Shown here: in pieces, positions 11,036 to 23,625 of the stretch
How the letters are laid out: each line of letters opens with the position of its first letter
How positions within the stretch are numbered: the first letter of the stretch is position 1
Assembly (NCBI RefSeq): GCF_947568905.1
Contig: NC_079165.1
Coordinates: forward strand, 67,642,001 to 67,706,000
Direction of reading: 5' to 3'
Origin: Ostrea edulis
Taxonomy: Eukaryota
DNA length: 64,000 bases
Translations under genes and position numbers: made by a program
Notes under the pieces: model-generated
Seen by the model: only the letters and a program-made list of their open reading frames with translations
Told to the model about the DNA's origin: nothing
Databases searched by the model: none

Positions 11036-11899
11036 CTTCAATAACCATTTTAAAACCGTTTATTACTTCGTGAATGCAAGAAAAATTCTAAATGTGTGAT
11101 CATCTTTTACTACTACAATTTCCTCCAATGTAGTAAGGAAACTGCATCGTTGTACAAAGTTGCTATACCAATTGCCTGTAGATAGTTAAATGTGAACATA
11201 TATATACACCCAATAAACAATTTGCAAGACACATTTCATAGATAGTTTGAATTATAACATTGCAGCAATATTGATTTATATGGAAAACAAAGGAAAAAAG
11301 TTCATTCGAGTGATATCATTTGAAAAAAAAAGAAACCATAATTTCCTCACACGAACCCGTGATGACAAGCTCCATTGATATTAACTGTCCAGCTGATTAC
11401 GACGAGCAATTAGTACAAGAATACTTCAATATTCTCCATCGTCATCTTCCCATAATCATGTAGCAGTAACTAATTCATGACAATAAATTGTTTATGTGGT
11501 TGCTTTATGTGAAGTTTAGTACATGTCATGACTGTGCATGCTCATTTTATTCTTTGTGTATATTACATTTCAAGTTGGTAAGGAAAAAGTGAGAAGATAA
11601 AATACGTCATTCATTAAGTATAAATGACAACAGATAAACACGCATAAAAACAGCTGCCTAGAATATGAAAACAATATGCAATGAATAAAACACCTAACCA
11701 GGCAAAAACTCCAAATAATGAAATAGAGTTGACTAATGCTACATTATGCACTAAATTGGTAACAGATGTACAAAGTTTCGTGATACTGGTACTAGTACAT
11801 TTGACTAGAAAATTGAGACCATTTAATAAAACATCCTAGTATTGGGTGTTACCTCGCCACATTAACAAGGTAGGCAGATTTGTTATGCCACTGCTCCCC

Positions 11900-13400
11900 A
11901 TAAAAATTGGGCTACCTTGTTAACACCCCATTAAACAAACATATGTAACTTAAGGAAAGAGAACAACGAACAGGATATAAACAAAGTAATACTAAAGAAA
12001 ATAAAAGCTAGAAACCTGTATAGCGATCGCAGCCCCTAACTGCTTAACTTCACATCCTGCACTAAGGAACTCTCAGTTCCTGACTGAATGGTTCACATTC
12101 CAGAATGTGCAGCCCCTGTCTACACATCCCATAACAGAAACATTCAATTAAATGTGACCAATTGGTAATTGATGACAATGTCCATTGTTTTGGGTTAGCA
12201 GCTCAATCACGACATATAACCCCTGTCTGCATGACTTAATGATCAAATAGCGAATGTTCACACATTAAGAGTAGGAATACGGATGTATTTATTGAGTGCA
12301 GTTGAATTCCATCTACCTATGTTTTGTATCTGAAGATTAGAGAACCCAGATGCTGCAACGGTAGTTGCTGCTCCTATTCTAAAGCTATGCGTTTGATAAC
12401 GCTGCAAGTCAAGATTACAGAATGCCAGAGCGGAACGAAGATGCTGTGTAACGAATTGTTTTGAAACTGAGACGCAGTACATGAAAGAAAAAAGTGGTTC
12501 AGACTGAGACGAATGTTTTGTAATTTCAAATACTGTGGAATAATTTTAATTCGTGGGGACCAATGTTTGTGGGTAAGTAAAATTTTGATGGTTCGTGGGG
12601 ACGTAATTTCGTGGATAAACAATACGATGCCACTAGTTGATAGTAACTCTACTTGCTTTTAAAAAAATGTTCGAGGACACGTAAATTCGTGGGTAAGAGT
12701 GACCCACGAAAACCACGAACATCATTCCACCACGAACAATGATGATTCCAAAGCACTAATTAAGTGTAGCACATTGGCAAATAATTGGTTCTTTAGCACT
12801 TTGGTGTAACCTAAGAGTAGTAACATTTGTCTTTGGATGTTTGAAATGTGGAATATTGATGTCAATAACTTGTTGCTGGTCGGGTCCATTTTGGAATGAA
12901 ATATTTCTAACAAACAGAAAATGCTGGGTTAGGCGGGGTGTCTAGGTGATTTTCCGAATCCACAAGAAAGCGGAAAATGCTAAAAATGAACATGGATCTG
13001 AAAAGGTGTCTAAGGAAAGTTGATGAGGTGGTGTGATTTAGGGCCTTCACAAGTTGAATTACAGTAGGCGACGTTATTGGAAGTCTGGACTCCGACGAAG
13101 GATTAAACCTGATAACATTTTCTTGATAACGAAATGTTGCATAATGTCTTGGTAACCTTCTAGGTGAAAACTAAAGCTTGAGGAATATACAAGTGTTCGA
13201 GCAGATCAAGCTGCCAGATTCTTTAGGAAACAGTGTGAGCTGAATGCTGACAAGTGGTTGAGAGAAAAAGGTATTGGTTTTGCTGACTGCCCAAACCTCC
13301 AAGAGATAAAAGTATTGTATTCAGTGAAAGCCGATTTGTACGCAGAAATGGGAATATGGGAAGGTGACTTTTATAAAAAGTTTTGAGAAAATAAGTACTT
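11900..13400 (-). mobile_element. DIRS-type retrotransposon remnant (tyrosine recombinase)
   Basis: IPHFKHPKTNVTTLRLHQ..., PLFSF, HSFRIGAATT..., IGRWNSTALNKYIRIP (12258-12500); frameshifts and a MITE insertion. Confidence 0.8.
12531..12755. mobile_element. MITE with subterminal ttcgtgg/ccacgaa repeats inserted into a DIRS recombinase
   Basis: Imperfect TIR tactgtggaat / attccaaagca; recombinase coding sequence continues on both sides. Confidence 0.7.
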
Positions 13401-13491
13401 TGTTTAACGGATTAGGGATTTTCTCATTCTCTTTAAGAACTGGAATTTACAAAACCTAAATAGTTTGTATAGAAAGAAAACTTAAAGACTA

Positions 13492-13827
13492 CTTTTTCTC
13501 ACATTTTTCTGTCTCACACTGCTGCGAAGTCATTTGATTGTGCCGTCATATATTTTCTATTATTTACGTTACACGGTGAAGATTTACGTTACATGGTGAA
13601 ATAAAAATATTTTGCATTATTTTATTTAAATTTTAATGCAGTATAATTTCTGGTGGACAACATTGGGTTTTTTAGTTTACACTTACAGTGTAAACAATTT
13701 TCGGGCATGCTCTTTCTGCCTATCTAATTAGTTTTTGCATTGAAGTTCAAATGAGGATTTTGATAATCTTTAATTTTCTCAAAGCTCCTAAATTTTTGTA
13801 TTAAACTGTAGGTAAAATGTGAGAAAA
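13492..13827. mobile_element. TIR element (ttttctcacatttt / aaaatgtgagaaaa) adjacent to the foldback
   Basis: 14-bp inverted repeats; the whole of 13492-13980 is absent from the D paralog flank (about 50150). Confidence 0.65.
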
Positions 13828-13980
13828 TAATCCTTCATTATCTACTCGTGTGGGATAGGAAAATCCCACCTCTGGAACAAGATTCGCTGTCTAGAACTCG
13901 GCAAAGCCTCGTCCTAGACTGGGAATCTTGTCCCCTCGGTGGAATATCCCTATCCCACACTCATACTAATGAAGGATTAT
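13827..13980. mobile_element. 154-bp foldback element
   Basis: Perfect 14-bp outer TIR ataatccttcatta; near-perfect inner arms; loop aactcggcaaagcctcgtc. Confidence 0.85.
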
Positions 13981-14218
13981 ATTAATCACAAACGAATTAC
14001 AATCATTCATCGCTATTTGTAAGAACGTTATTATAGTCTAAGTCATATAAAATGTAAATCAAGTAGGTGACAGTTTCAGATAATACAATCACAAGATTGA
14101 TCTCGTTTTTATCGTTGAAAGTTACGTTTAATCTGTATTAGTGGATGCTGATCCACATAAGTTTTTACAAGTATTTGTCATACAATATTAAAAAACAAAA
14201 TACATATGTGAATAATCT

Positions 14219-14580
14219 CTACTCATGGATAACTTCAAGATATGTGTCCATTTAACTGGTTAGCTCGCTTTGACAGATCGATGGACTTTCCACTTCAAAG
14301 GTGTGACACTCGGTCCGACTTCCGCTTTCTGACTTCCCTTTTGGTGGTGAACCTATCACGTCTATATACGTGTTTAACATACATACTGGTTTCAGGTAAG
14401 AATTATCTGGGGATTCATTAAGATTGTCAGTCACAACATCCAGATAAACTGAACGTCTCTCTTTCAAACTTTCATCTTCTTGTCTAATACTAAGTTCTTC
14501 TGATTTTGTACCAATGACTTCATTTCTTAATTTTGGAAGCATTGGTTTTGTTTCATTACTGATTTCAATTTTCGAAACAT
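14219..14580 (-). pseudogene. Out-of-frame distal tail of paralog B
   Basis: ORF 14252-14542 matches the D tail (SVYLDV, SYLKP, TYIDV) but lies after the frameshift. It also has CAA>TAA at 14252-14254 before the final TYLEV. Confidence 0.75.
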
Positions 14581-17500
14581 CTCCTTTGAGTTTTGTTGTT
14601 TTATTGAGGGTTGCGACTCGATTTTGTCGTATCTTGAAATATTTTCCAGCATGCCAGACTCGTTTATTTCTACATAAAGCTCTTCCTCTGCTTCGTTTGT
14701 AGCCGAGAGCTTGGGCTTTTTGCTTGCAGAAATGTTTTTCCTACGCTTTTTCATTTTTCCGTGAATCTGGTTAATTATTATAATAATCAGAAATAAAGAT
14801 AATACAGATCCTGTGATTATGATGACCTGCAAAGTTTGTGACTTACCTCCAGAAGCTGACTTAGGAGTCACAGAATTTGTTTCCTTGGATACCACTGCTA
14901 AGGTAGGAATGATATCCGTAGGAACAGGATATACTTCGTCTACTTTTGAACTGTTAGGATTTCTCGTTGATTTTGTTTCGACTTTTGGGGATTTTTGAAT
15001 TGACTTCATGTCGTTTCCTGCTTCGGTACTTGTTGTAGAAGTGGACGCTATTAGAAAATTAGAAATGTTAATGCATACATGTTTTATATGAATGTATCAA
15101 TTTAAGAATTGTCGTCTTTATATAATCCATTAAATAATTTATTATACACACTGATTAGTTGATACTTATATGAAATCAACATTTACCCTTTGTACGTTGA
15201 TAGTTCTTTTTGTACTCCCTTTCTGTACTTACCAGTAGTTAGTCTGCTACACCATTTGTATACCCCTGGTAGTTATTCTACTGATATATCCTTTCTATAC
15301 ACAAGCCGTAATTTATTCCAATACAACCTTTGTAAAATTAGTGGCATTCATTTTGATAAACATTTATGATTGCTTACCTGTGATTATTTTGATGCACCCT
15401 TCGTACGTTTACTGGTAGTTATTCTAATATACTATTTGTACAGTTACCGGTAGCTATTCTGATACATTCTTTGTTCAGTTACCGGTAGTTATTCTGATAC
15501 ATTCTCTGTACAGTCACCGGTAGTTATACTGATACATTCTTTGTGCAGTTACCGGTAGTTATTCTGATACATTATTTGTACAATTACCGGTAGTTATTTT
15601 GATGCATTGTTTGTACAGTTATCGGTAGTTAATCTGATGCATTTTTTGTACAGTCACCGGTAGTTTTTCTGATGCATTGTTTGTACATTCACCGGTAGTT
15701 ATTCTGATGCATTGTTTGTACAATTACCGGTAGTTATTGTGATGCATTGTTTGTACAGTTATCGATAGTTATTGTGATGCATTGTTTGTACAGTCACCGG
15801 TAGTTATTGTGATGCATTGTTTGTACAGTCACCGGTAGTTATTGTGATGCATTGTTTGTACAGTCACCGGTAGTTATTCTGGTGCATTATTTGTATAGTC
15901 ACCGGTAGTTATTGTGATGCATTGTTTGTACAGTTACCAGTAGTTATTCTGATGCATTCTTTGTACAGTCACTGGTAGTTATTCTGATACATTCTTTGTA
16001 CAGTTACCACTTTTTCCTCCACAACCGTTGCACTCGTGGTGGTATCTTTTCCTTATACACTTATATACAGTTATTCTGTTTCACCCTTTCTACTCTTTCC
16101 GGTTAATGTTTTGCTAACCATTTGTATGCTTACCGGTACTTGTTTTGACACACCCTATATGGGGACTACAAACTTCATCCGCACTACAATTACACTGGAA
16201 ACGACAGTTCTCCCCCCAAGACGGATATGGACAAGCAGTGGAACAGTTATCTCCATAGGAACCTGTAGGGCAGGCTACATATAAAATGAAAGTAAGATGA
16301 TAAAACTCTTAATGTTGTTAGAGACAGCGTGAATACGTCATAAGTTAAAATTTAGAATGGTTTGTACTAGGAGGGGAAAAAATGCAAGCCAGAACACAAT
16401 TCAAAATTGTGGCGGATCCAAGGGGGGGTTGATTCCGGGGATCGGACCTGCCCACTTTCGTAAGAAAATTTTGCTAAAAAGGTAAAATTAACGCATTTTG
16501 AGGATGGAAAACCCCTTTGAAAACCAAAATTATGGTCGAACCCCTCTTTAAGAATTCCTGGATCCGCCCCATACAAAGTCAATAATTCATGTTTTGACTT
16601 CGTGTTTTAATTGTTACATCAGATTGATGGAGAAATAGAGAGTGACTTACAAATGCATACACCATTGTGATGGTAAAAATTCGTGCAGCACTCGCCTCTG
16701 AAAAAAAAAGTTTTATTAGATTCTCTCTTCCAATAAATCTAACAAGAGAATCTATATAATGATATTTTGAATACATTTGTATGTTTACAAAGAATGATAT
16801 TTTGGAATTAGCGGAAAGTTGTAAATTCAATAGGCAACATATTAAGAGAAAAAAAATGAACCCATCAATAAAATTTCATGTGTATTGACATAGCCCCATG
16901 TTTCCACTACTTTCATTTTACTCACAAGATACTATTCCAAGTCTTATATCATTAGTCATACGTCATTGACTGAAATCGGGAAACATACCCACCGGAAAAT
17001 TGTTGCGCAGTAAAGCGGACCGAGTTTCCGAGGTTTGTTTCCGCGAAAAGACCGAGAACAGGTTCCGATATTCAGTAAACAACCTATCTATCGCATATGT
17101 GACGCCACAACTAGGTTGAGTAGGTATCTACAAAGCGGCCATTTAAGGTTCAATTAAAGTCAGGGTACTCTAAAATCTACAGGTATGAAAGGGGAAGATA
17201 GCGAACAGTAATCAATCTCATAACTCCTCTAAGCAATACAAAATAGAATTGGGCAAACACGGAACCTGGGACACACCAGAGGTGGGATCAGGTGCCTAGG
17301 AGGAGTAAGCAACCCCTGTCGACCGATCACACCGACCGTGAGTCCTATACCTTGACCAGCTAAACGGAGTTATCCGGAGTCAAAATCAGTGTGCCAAGAA
17401 CGGCCTAGCAATAGGTATGAAACATGTCAGACAGCATTTGACGCAATGAAAGGTTGTACTGGCAAACTAGATCTTGTGTATCGAATCAGTTGAGCGATAT

Positions 17501-19766
17501 AAACACCATATGCAGGTGATAATGGAATATTGCTACATAAATAGGGGAAGTTGACAATGTATAAGCTGAAATCATCCCGTTTGACATAAAGTTGAGTTGT
17601 TCCTTTGCCGGTTAAGGTAGTACTCTACATCGTCATAATGGCTGACTTCCTTTAAAAACATGGATGGAAAAATCGATATGAGCAATATTTGACTTTTCCT
17701 TTTACATTTTAATAGCTAGTCGAGTAACTCAGTAGTGTAGAATACCGATTGCTGAACTGTAGATCGCAGATTCGAGTCCAGCAGGGGTTTTCAATTTTTT
17801 TTTCATATTACCTTCTACTAAATCTATTTTTTGACAAAATAAAGTAGATTTGAGAATTTTCAACTTCAAAATATTGTTGTACATATCCCCCACATCTACA
17901 TCAAATTTCTCTGGTGTAGCATACCTCCTTAACATCTACTTTCGATAAAATATCTAGGAAGCAGATGTGCACGACTCTGTGGTGTCTTTTATTTCGAGTT
18001 CACAGGGATATATATCGAAATCATTGATTGGTTGTATCTTGTTTAAACGTCTCTCTCTTTCTCTCTCGATCGATCGATCGAGAGAGAGAGAGAGTTTCAC
18101 TCATATGAGACGTTACCAAGACCGGTGAAGGGTTTCAAATTTAGGCCTTTGCTCCGCGCTTACGATCATTGAGCAGTGAGGATTCTTTAGCATGCCACAC
18201 CTATTGTGACACGGACATCCGTTTTTAAGGTCATATCCGAGGACTCGCGACATTCACACCTTATACCGAGCGTTTGGTGATGGAACTGTCACTATTTTAA
18301 CAACTTAGGTCTGTCGTGGCCGGGATTCGAACCCTGGCCTTCCGCATACGGGGCGAACGCTTTAACCTCTAGACCACGGCGTCGGTTTATGGAAATGATT
18401 GATTAATTGATTGAATTATGATTTACGTCCCTCTTGAGAATATTTCACTCATATGGAGATGTCACCACTGCCGGTGAAGGGCTGCAAATTTTAGGCCTAT
18501 GCTCGGCGCTTATATCCATTGAGCAGGGAGGGATCTCTATCATGCCACACCTGCTGTGACACGGGGCCTCGGTTTTTGCGCTCTCATCCGAAGGACCATC
18601 CTATTTAGTCGCCTCTAACGACAAGCAAAGGGGTACGGAAGACCTATTCTAACCCGGATCCCCACGGGATTTATCGAAATGACATATGAATAAAAATTAT
18701 TATTGTTTTAAAATAGATAAAACTTCAACGATATATCTAAATGTCGAATTGAAGGCCACAGCAAGAGAGATTTTTCTTCTCACTTAGATTTTTTTGAATA
18801 AATTCTGCTTCATAGGAATATAAAAACAGGTCAGCTAAAAAAGTAGCATAACTTGTGCCCATGAGAATTCCAACAGACTGTTGGAAGACCTGATCACCAA
18901 ACACCACGAAGATATTGTCAATGAGGAACTCCATCATATTATTTATTTCAACTTCAGAGTACTTGTGGGTGGAATCAGAATGATGTTTAACAAAGTAATT
19001 TTTTTTGGATGAGTGATCACTAGACATGTATATGAATATTTCCGTTTTCCATTTTTGTTGAAGAAGCATCTGACTATGATGTCAAAAAGTCTAGTCTTAA
19101 TTCATCTTGAGGAATGGTCGTATAAAGTGTTGAAAAGTCATAGGTTTTGATGTTGTTGAGTTGAGAAAAGTTTTGCGATTTCAAATTTCCTGAAAGTTGT
19201 TTAGAATTTTTTAATGTCCACATTTGATTAACACCACTTCTGGCATATGTAGTTGCACAGTACGTTTTAAGTTTCTCCTTCAAAGCTATTAATATTTTCG
19301 TGAGGAGCAAATATAGGGGCTTGGTAGAGCACTTACTGTATCCAGCAATGTATCTTTGTTTGAAAGTGTTTTTATGAAGTTTAGAAATCCAGTATAAGTA
19401 CGGTAACTCATATTAATCCGACCCATTGACTGGCATATTAAATGTGTCTAAAACTGAAGCATGGTCTTGAAGAATTTCATCTTTTGAAAGGGCAGTTAGA
19501 TTATATATAAGATTACCAAAAATGGAATTAATGCCAAGTTCGGTTAAAATACAATATGTAATAAGAGTACATTAAGAAATATTAATATCGTGTCCATTTT
19601 AACAGTTTGATATTTGTCTACATACATACCCTTCTTCTACGTACCGATCGTTAACACAGTTGCCTTTACTTGTTGTTTCTGCATTGCGTGATAAAACCAA
19701 TAAGGCCAATCCTATGTTTCGACCTCCCCAAGAATTAAAAATTCTCATTGGAAATATTAAATCCAT
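14527..19766 (-). CDS. Paralog B: transmembrane EGF receptor with frameshift-truncated cytoplasmic tail (276 aa)
   Basis: Exons 19645-19766, 16651-16697 (GECCTNFYHHNGVCI), 16134-16274 (EGF), 14527-15047 (stalk, TM, proximal tail). Spliced frame is open for 831 nt. A 1-nt deletion relative to D near 14583 shifts the frame and the protein ends ...QCFQN*. Confidence 0.75.
15405..16010. repeat. 35-bp minisatellite, about 17 units, intron 3 of B
   Basis: Same unit with gatgcattgtttg and cagtcaccgg variants. Confidence 0.95.
16408..16571. mobile_element. Small MITE (ggcggatcca...tggatccgcc ends, hAT-like) in intron 2 of B
   Basis: Inverted termini; absent from the paralogous introns of A and C. 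Confidence 0.7.
17616..17928. mobile_element. TTAA-flanked MITE (Kolobok-like), 313 bp, inside a Penelope RT
   Basis: ttaa on both sides; imperfect 16-bp TIR ggtagtactctacatc / ggaggtatgctacacc (reverse complement); the uninterrupted target gccgttaatgtctac is seen at about 42538. Confidence 0.75.
18030..18386 (-). mobile_element. Full-length tRNA-headed SINE sharing its 3' half with the head-less family
   Basis: A box tggtctagagg and B box ggttcgaatcc; central tagtgacagttcc..ccaaacgctcgg; shared tail ...catatgagtgaaa. Confidence 0.85.
18400..18669 (-). mobile_element. Same head-less SINE-like family
   Basis: Same 5' start; TSD tatcgaaat (18013-18021 and 18672-18680) brackets this element and the adjacent tRNA-SINE. 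Confidence 0.85.
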
Positions 19767-20339
19767 TCCGTCTATGCTTTCTAAACTTACATTGGAAACT
19801 CTTTGACCCCTTTTCCTTCAAACATTTATTGTTCAATAATAGTCAGGTGTGCTATATCCTGATGGAATATTAGAGAACACGGAATATTCATTAATTACAT
19901 GCACGTTTTCGCACACTAGAAACAAATTATGCAATTGAACCAGTCAAACATTATGCATATATTCGACATTCCAAATGTTGCAATACTTGATCTTGTATAA
20001 TATTGTATTTGTATTCTGTATTTTCCTTTCCATTTTGTATTGTATATTTTTTATTAGTATTGTATTCGAGGAACTGTTTATTTTGATTAGTTATGAAGAA
20101 TTTTATTGGTCAAGTTTTAGTCTGTATCGTATTGAAAACTATCGAGATGTTCTGAATGCTCAACCTCAACATAAAATGTCCCTCTTTTCTCTGCATGACT
20201 AGTTTATACACGAGGTTGATGAGTGACAGAGTTAGAATCTATATGTAAGTAAACAGTAGTTATGAAAAATATATTGCCTATGGTTTGATAATTGAACCAT
20301 TGTTTACACAAATGAGATTCATTGTAACAAGCCAAAATA

Positions 20340-20600
20340 AACAATCCCTCAGATACAATATACACAAATGAAAAATAATATACAATTCAAATAAACAATT
20401 ATACAGTACAAATGAAAATCAATCAATGCAAAAGAAAATTATAAAACCAAAATGGAAATATAAAATACAAATGGGAAAAATACAATAAAACGAAAAAATT
20501 ATATAATTCAAATAGAAAATATACAATACAAAATGTATATTTTTACAATACAAATGAAAAATCATGCAATACAAATGGAAAATATAAAATGAAAAATCAA
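20340..20600. repeat. Degenerate ~21-bp A-rich tandem repeat (aatacaaatgaaaaat-like)
   Basis: Repeated tacaaatg(g)aaaa motif; an inverted-sense version lies at about 19990-20070. Confidence 0.6.
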
Positions 20601-23414
20601 CATTTGACATGCCATGATACGAATTGACAATTAACAGAGTTGATATCTATATCTGACCCTGAATATTTTTATTCTTTCTTTTTCTATGAAATAAAGTTAT
20701 TTTCATGTTGCCATACCTTGAAAGAAAACCGAAAATCTACTTTTCTCTAAATCGATTCCAATTTTTTAAAAATTTGACGTCACACATTTGGTAAAGAACA
20801 AAAGTATAAGTATTTTAAAGTTGTGTATTATTATTATATGAGGTAGAATCATTCACATGTACATGTATGATGGATTTGATCGCAGTCGCCGCTCTCCGAA
20901 TACCTACTGCTGATGACGATTGTTGGACATTTAATAGTAAAGGACAAAAAGTACTCCAAATTACCCCTTTCCCCTTAATGTACAGTATGGTATGGAGAAA
21001 GATGAGCAGGAACATAGACATTATGAACTGCACTTTATGCCTTGAAGAAAAAAAAATAGAGAAAAGATTCAGCATCGATGTGACCAATGACATTGATGTA
21101 TATGATACAAAAATAATGATTGTTATGCAGAAGTACCAGTAGAAAAGTGAACATTCCCTAGTACACGAAGAAGAAAAAACTAGAAAACATTTCTCTTTCA
21201 TCTACCGTAAAATATCAGATCCCTGGGTCAGAACAATGTGAACAACATTAACTGATAATGAAGTATTGTACATCATTTCCTGGCTATTCTATTTTTGGAC
21301 ATTTGAAAGAAAAGGACAAGAACTGTTACTTTGTTCACAGTAAATTCACGATAAGTTTTAAATCATAACTAAGTCGTTTGGAGACTCCTTGTTTTTGCTT
21401 GGTATATCTGCTTCTTTCTCTCACCCACCTGGTTTTGACACAATCTGAGCAAACTTGTGTTATTTAGTATAATAGGAGGAAAGGGAACTAACAAGCTTCC
21501 GTTAACTTCTCGGTTGCTCGCTTCAAACTCTTACAACTTCGGTATTAATCGTGATGATAATGTATGAAGTTTTCCCAGTCGAAATCCAGAACTTTGTTCT
21601 GTTTTGTAATACATGAATCGTTCACCTGATTTCACAGAAACTTTGAAAAAATAAGTTCCGAGAACTAGCCCTACACCATTTTCTCCATGCAATTTTCTTT
21701 CATTACGTTGGATTTTACTGTACTTCATCCGTAACATAGATAAATTGTATGTCGACATAAATATGGTGCATGTCTGCATAATTATCTCACATGTCAACAT
21801 AATTAAGATGCATGTCAACATAAATAAGTTGCAGATAGCATATTGGAAGTCTCACGTGGGCAATATTTGAGACTTTTAGAATATTTTACAAATTCTTATC
21901 TGATTACATTTTTCTTATCGGATTCGACAAATTCATCAAATTGAATGTGTGAGGTGTCCACAACCTGCCGTTGTCAGAACATTTAAAAAAAATTCCTGAT
22001 ATCTGAAATAGTTTTCTTTTTAAAGTAAGTTAAACATAGCATTGTTTCTTGAAAAAAATATCGCATATAACGTCGTTACATCGACGTTTATTGACAACGT
22101 CTTGGAAAGGTGACAAGCAAGATTACGTGAAAAAGTTTCTTTAATATCTCTACCTTTTCAACTAAATGGGTTAGAGTATTTCCAATCCTAATTGGAATTG
22201 AAAGAAATCTATGAAATAAAGGAAAATTTTTATCAGATTTTAAATAAGTGTGGAATTAAAAACGAAAACACTATTTTGTCAAACAGCGACAATGATTTAA
22301 CTGTCCATACATTTTTTCTAGCTGATACTACGATGTCCTTCCTCAAAATAATATCAAGACGAAGTTTAGAAAGAACAACTATGATTTTGGGCCAGATATT
22401 TTATACACACAGCAATAAATGACTTCTGTAGTTGTTGGTAGACCTAGAGCGAGAGATGGGGAATAGCGTGGTCCTCGTTTGTTTTGTTGGAGGTTCTTAG
22501 TTTTCGCTAGTATACGCCACGATTGCCGATCTTAAAGGAAATTTCGTTTTGTTTTCTATGTAAACATATCTTCTTCCTCGTATTCCCAAAATGTCCACTC
22601 GTACTTTTCACGATGCAGATAGATTTGTCCGGTTAACAAGGAAAACACTTTGGACCATTTTCAAGCATTTTCTAAAGCTATATTCAACATAATCTAATAA
22701 AGATAATTTTTTTTTTATAAGTATGATGTGTGTGTGGAATCATGGGAAGGGTTTGAATTCACTAAATATAACTCTTTTAGCTGATGCCTAAAACCAGGAA
22801 TATTGAAATGTGGGAAATAATGTTAGAAATATTCTATTGTTTTTTGGACGGAGCTATACATATACGACGGTCGTAACAGTGGGGTCTTTTGAAAGGGAGG
22901 GGTGCACCATCTAAAATGGCTGATTTATGATTATTGTTATTATTTGCTAAAAAGAGTCTAGGTTTGATATGTATGTACATATGTTATAACTCTGAATTTT
23001 GAACTCCTGGTCATTTGTCAGAAGCATATTAGATCTATAATCATACAAATTAGATACATGAATTGTGATTGGGGAAAAAATTGTGCGGAGAACGAACGTC
23101 GTGTGTTAAAAAAACGTTTTTTAAGATACTTTATAACGTCAGTTGTTTACGTACGTTACACCAACATTCATTACATCGTGACTGATAAATAAGTACAGCA
23201 AAAGCAAAGATGTTATCTATTGAATGATATTAAAATGGCTACCGTGATTTTTTAATGCATGTTATTTCCTCCTTCGATGATTCAAACAGTCATGAAATAA
23301 GGAATTACATCATTAATCACAAATGAGCTATTTTTCATTTACGTCTACTTAGCGTTACTGTTTCAAATGACTGTGGTATTTTTACCTCATATAACAGTAC
23401 TAATTTTGCTTAAA

Positions 23415-23422
<8 letters not shown>

Positions 23423-23452
<30 letters not shown>
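23423..23452. repeat. (AT)n microsatellite
   Basis: Direct reading. Confidence 0.95.
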
Positions 23453-23454
<2 letters not shown>

Positions 23455-23625
23455 CTCTTATCCTAAGACGAATTTGACTCCACCTTTTTTTTGGCACGCT
23501 GTTTTGGCTATAATAGCTCTAAAACTTCATTGTTATTTCGGATTTCAAACATTTTGGTTGAGCATCACTGAAGAGACATTATTTGTCGAAATGCGTATCT
23601 GGTGCATCAAAATTGGTACTCTATA

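Larger units (their letters stand above)
13410..16800. repeat. Paralogous block B (pairs with about 50070-52600, gene D and its 3' flank)
   Basis: 3' flank 13410-13490 and 13985-14210 matches 50070-50380; terminal exons align throughout. Confidence 0.85.
17183..19370 (-). mobile_element. Penelope-like element in intron 1 of B, interrupted by a TTAA MITE and two SINEs
   Basis: RT ORF fragments 19074-19310 (KTYDFSTLYTTIP) and 18737-19069 (QQSVGILMGT...LADLFLY); 3' UTR at 17183-17400. Confidence 0.85.

Noticed and set aside
12258-12482. Functional or domesticated recombinase driving receptor rearrangement
   Set aside because: Both YR remnants are frameshifted or contain stops, one is split by a MITE, and no recombination sites flank the exons.
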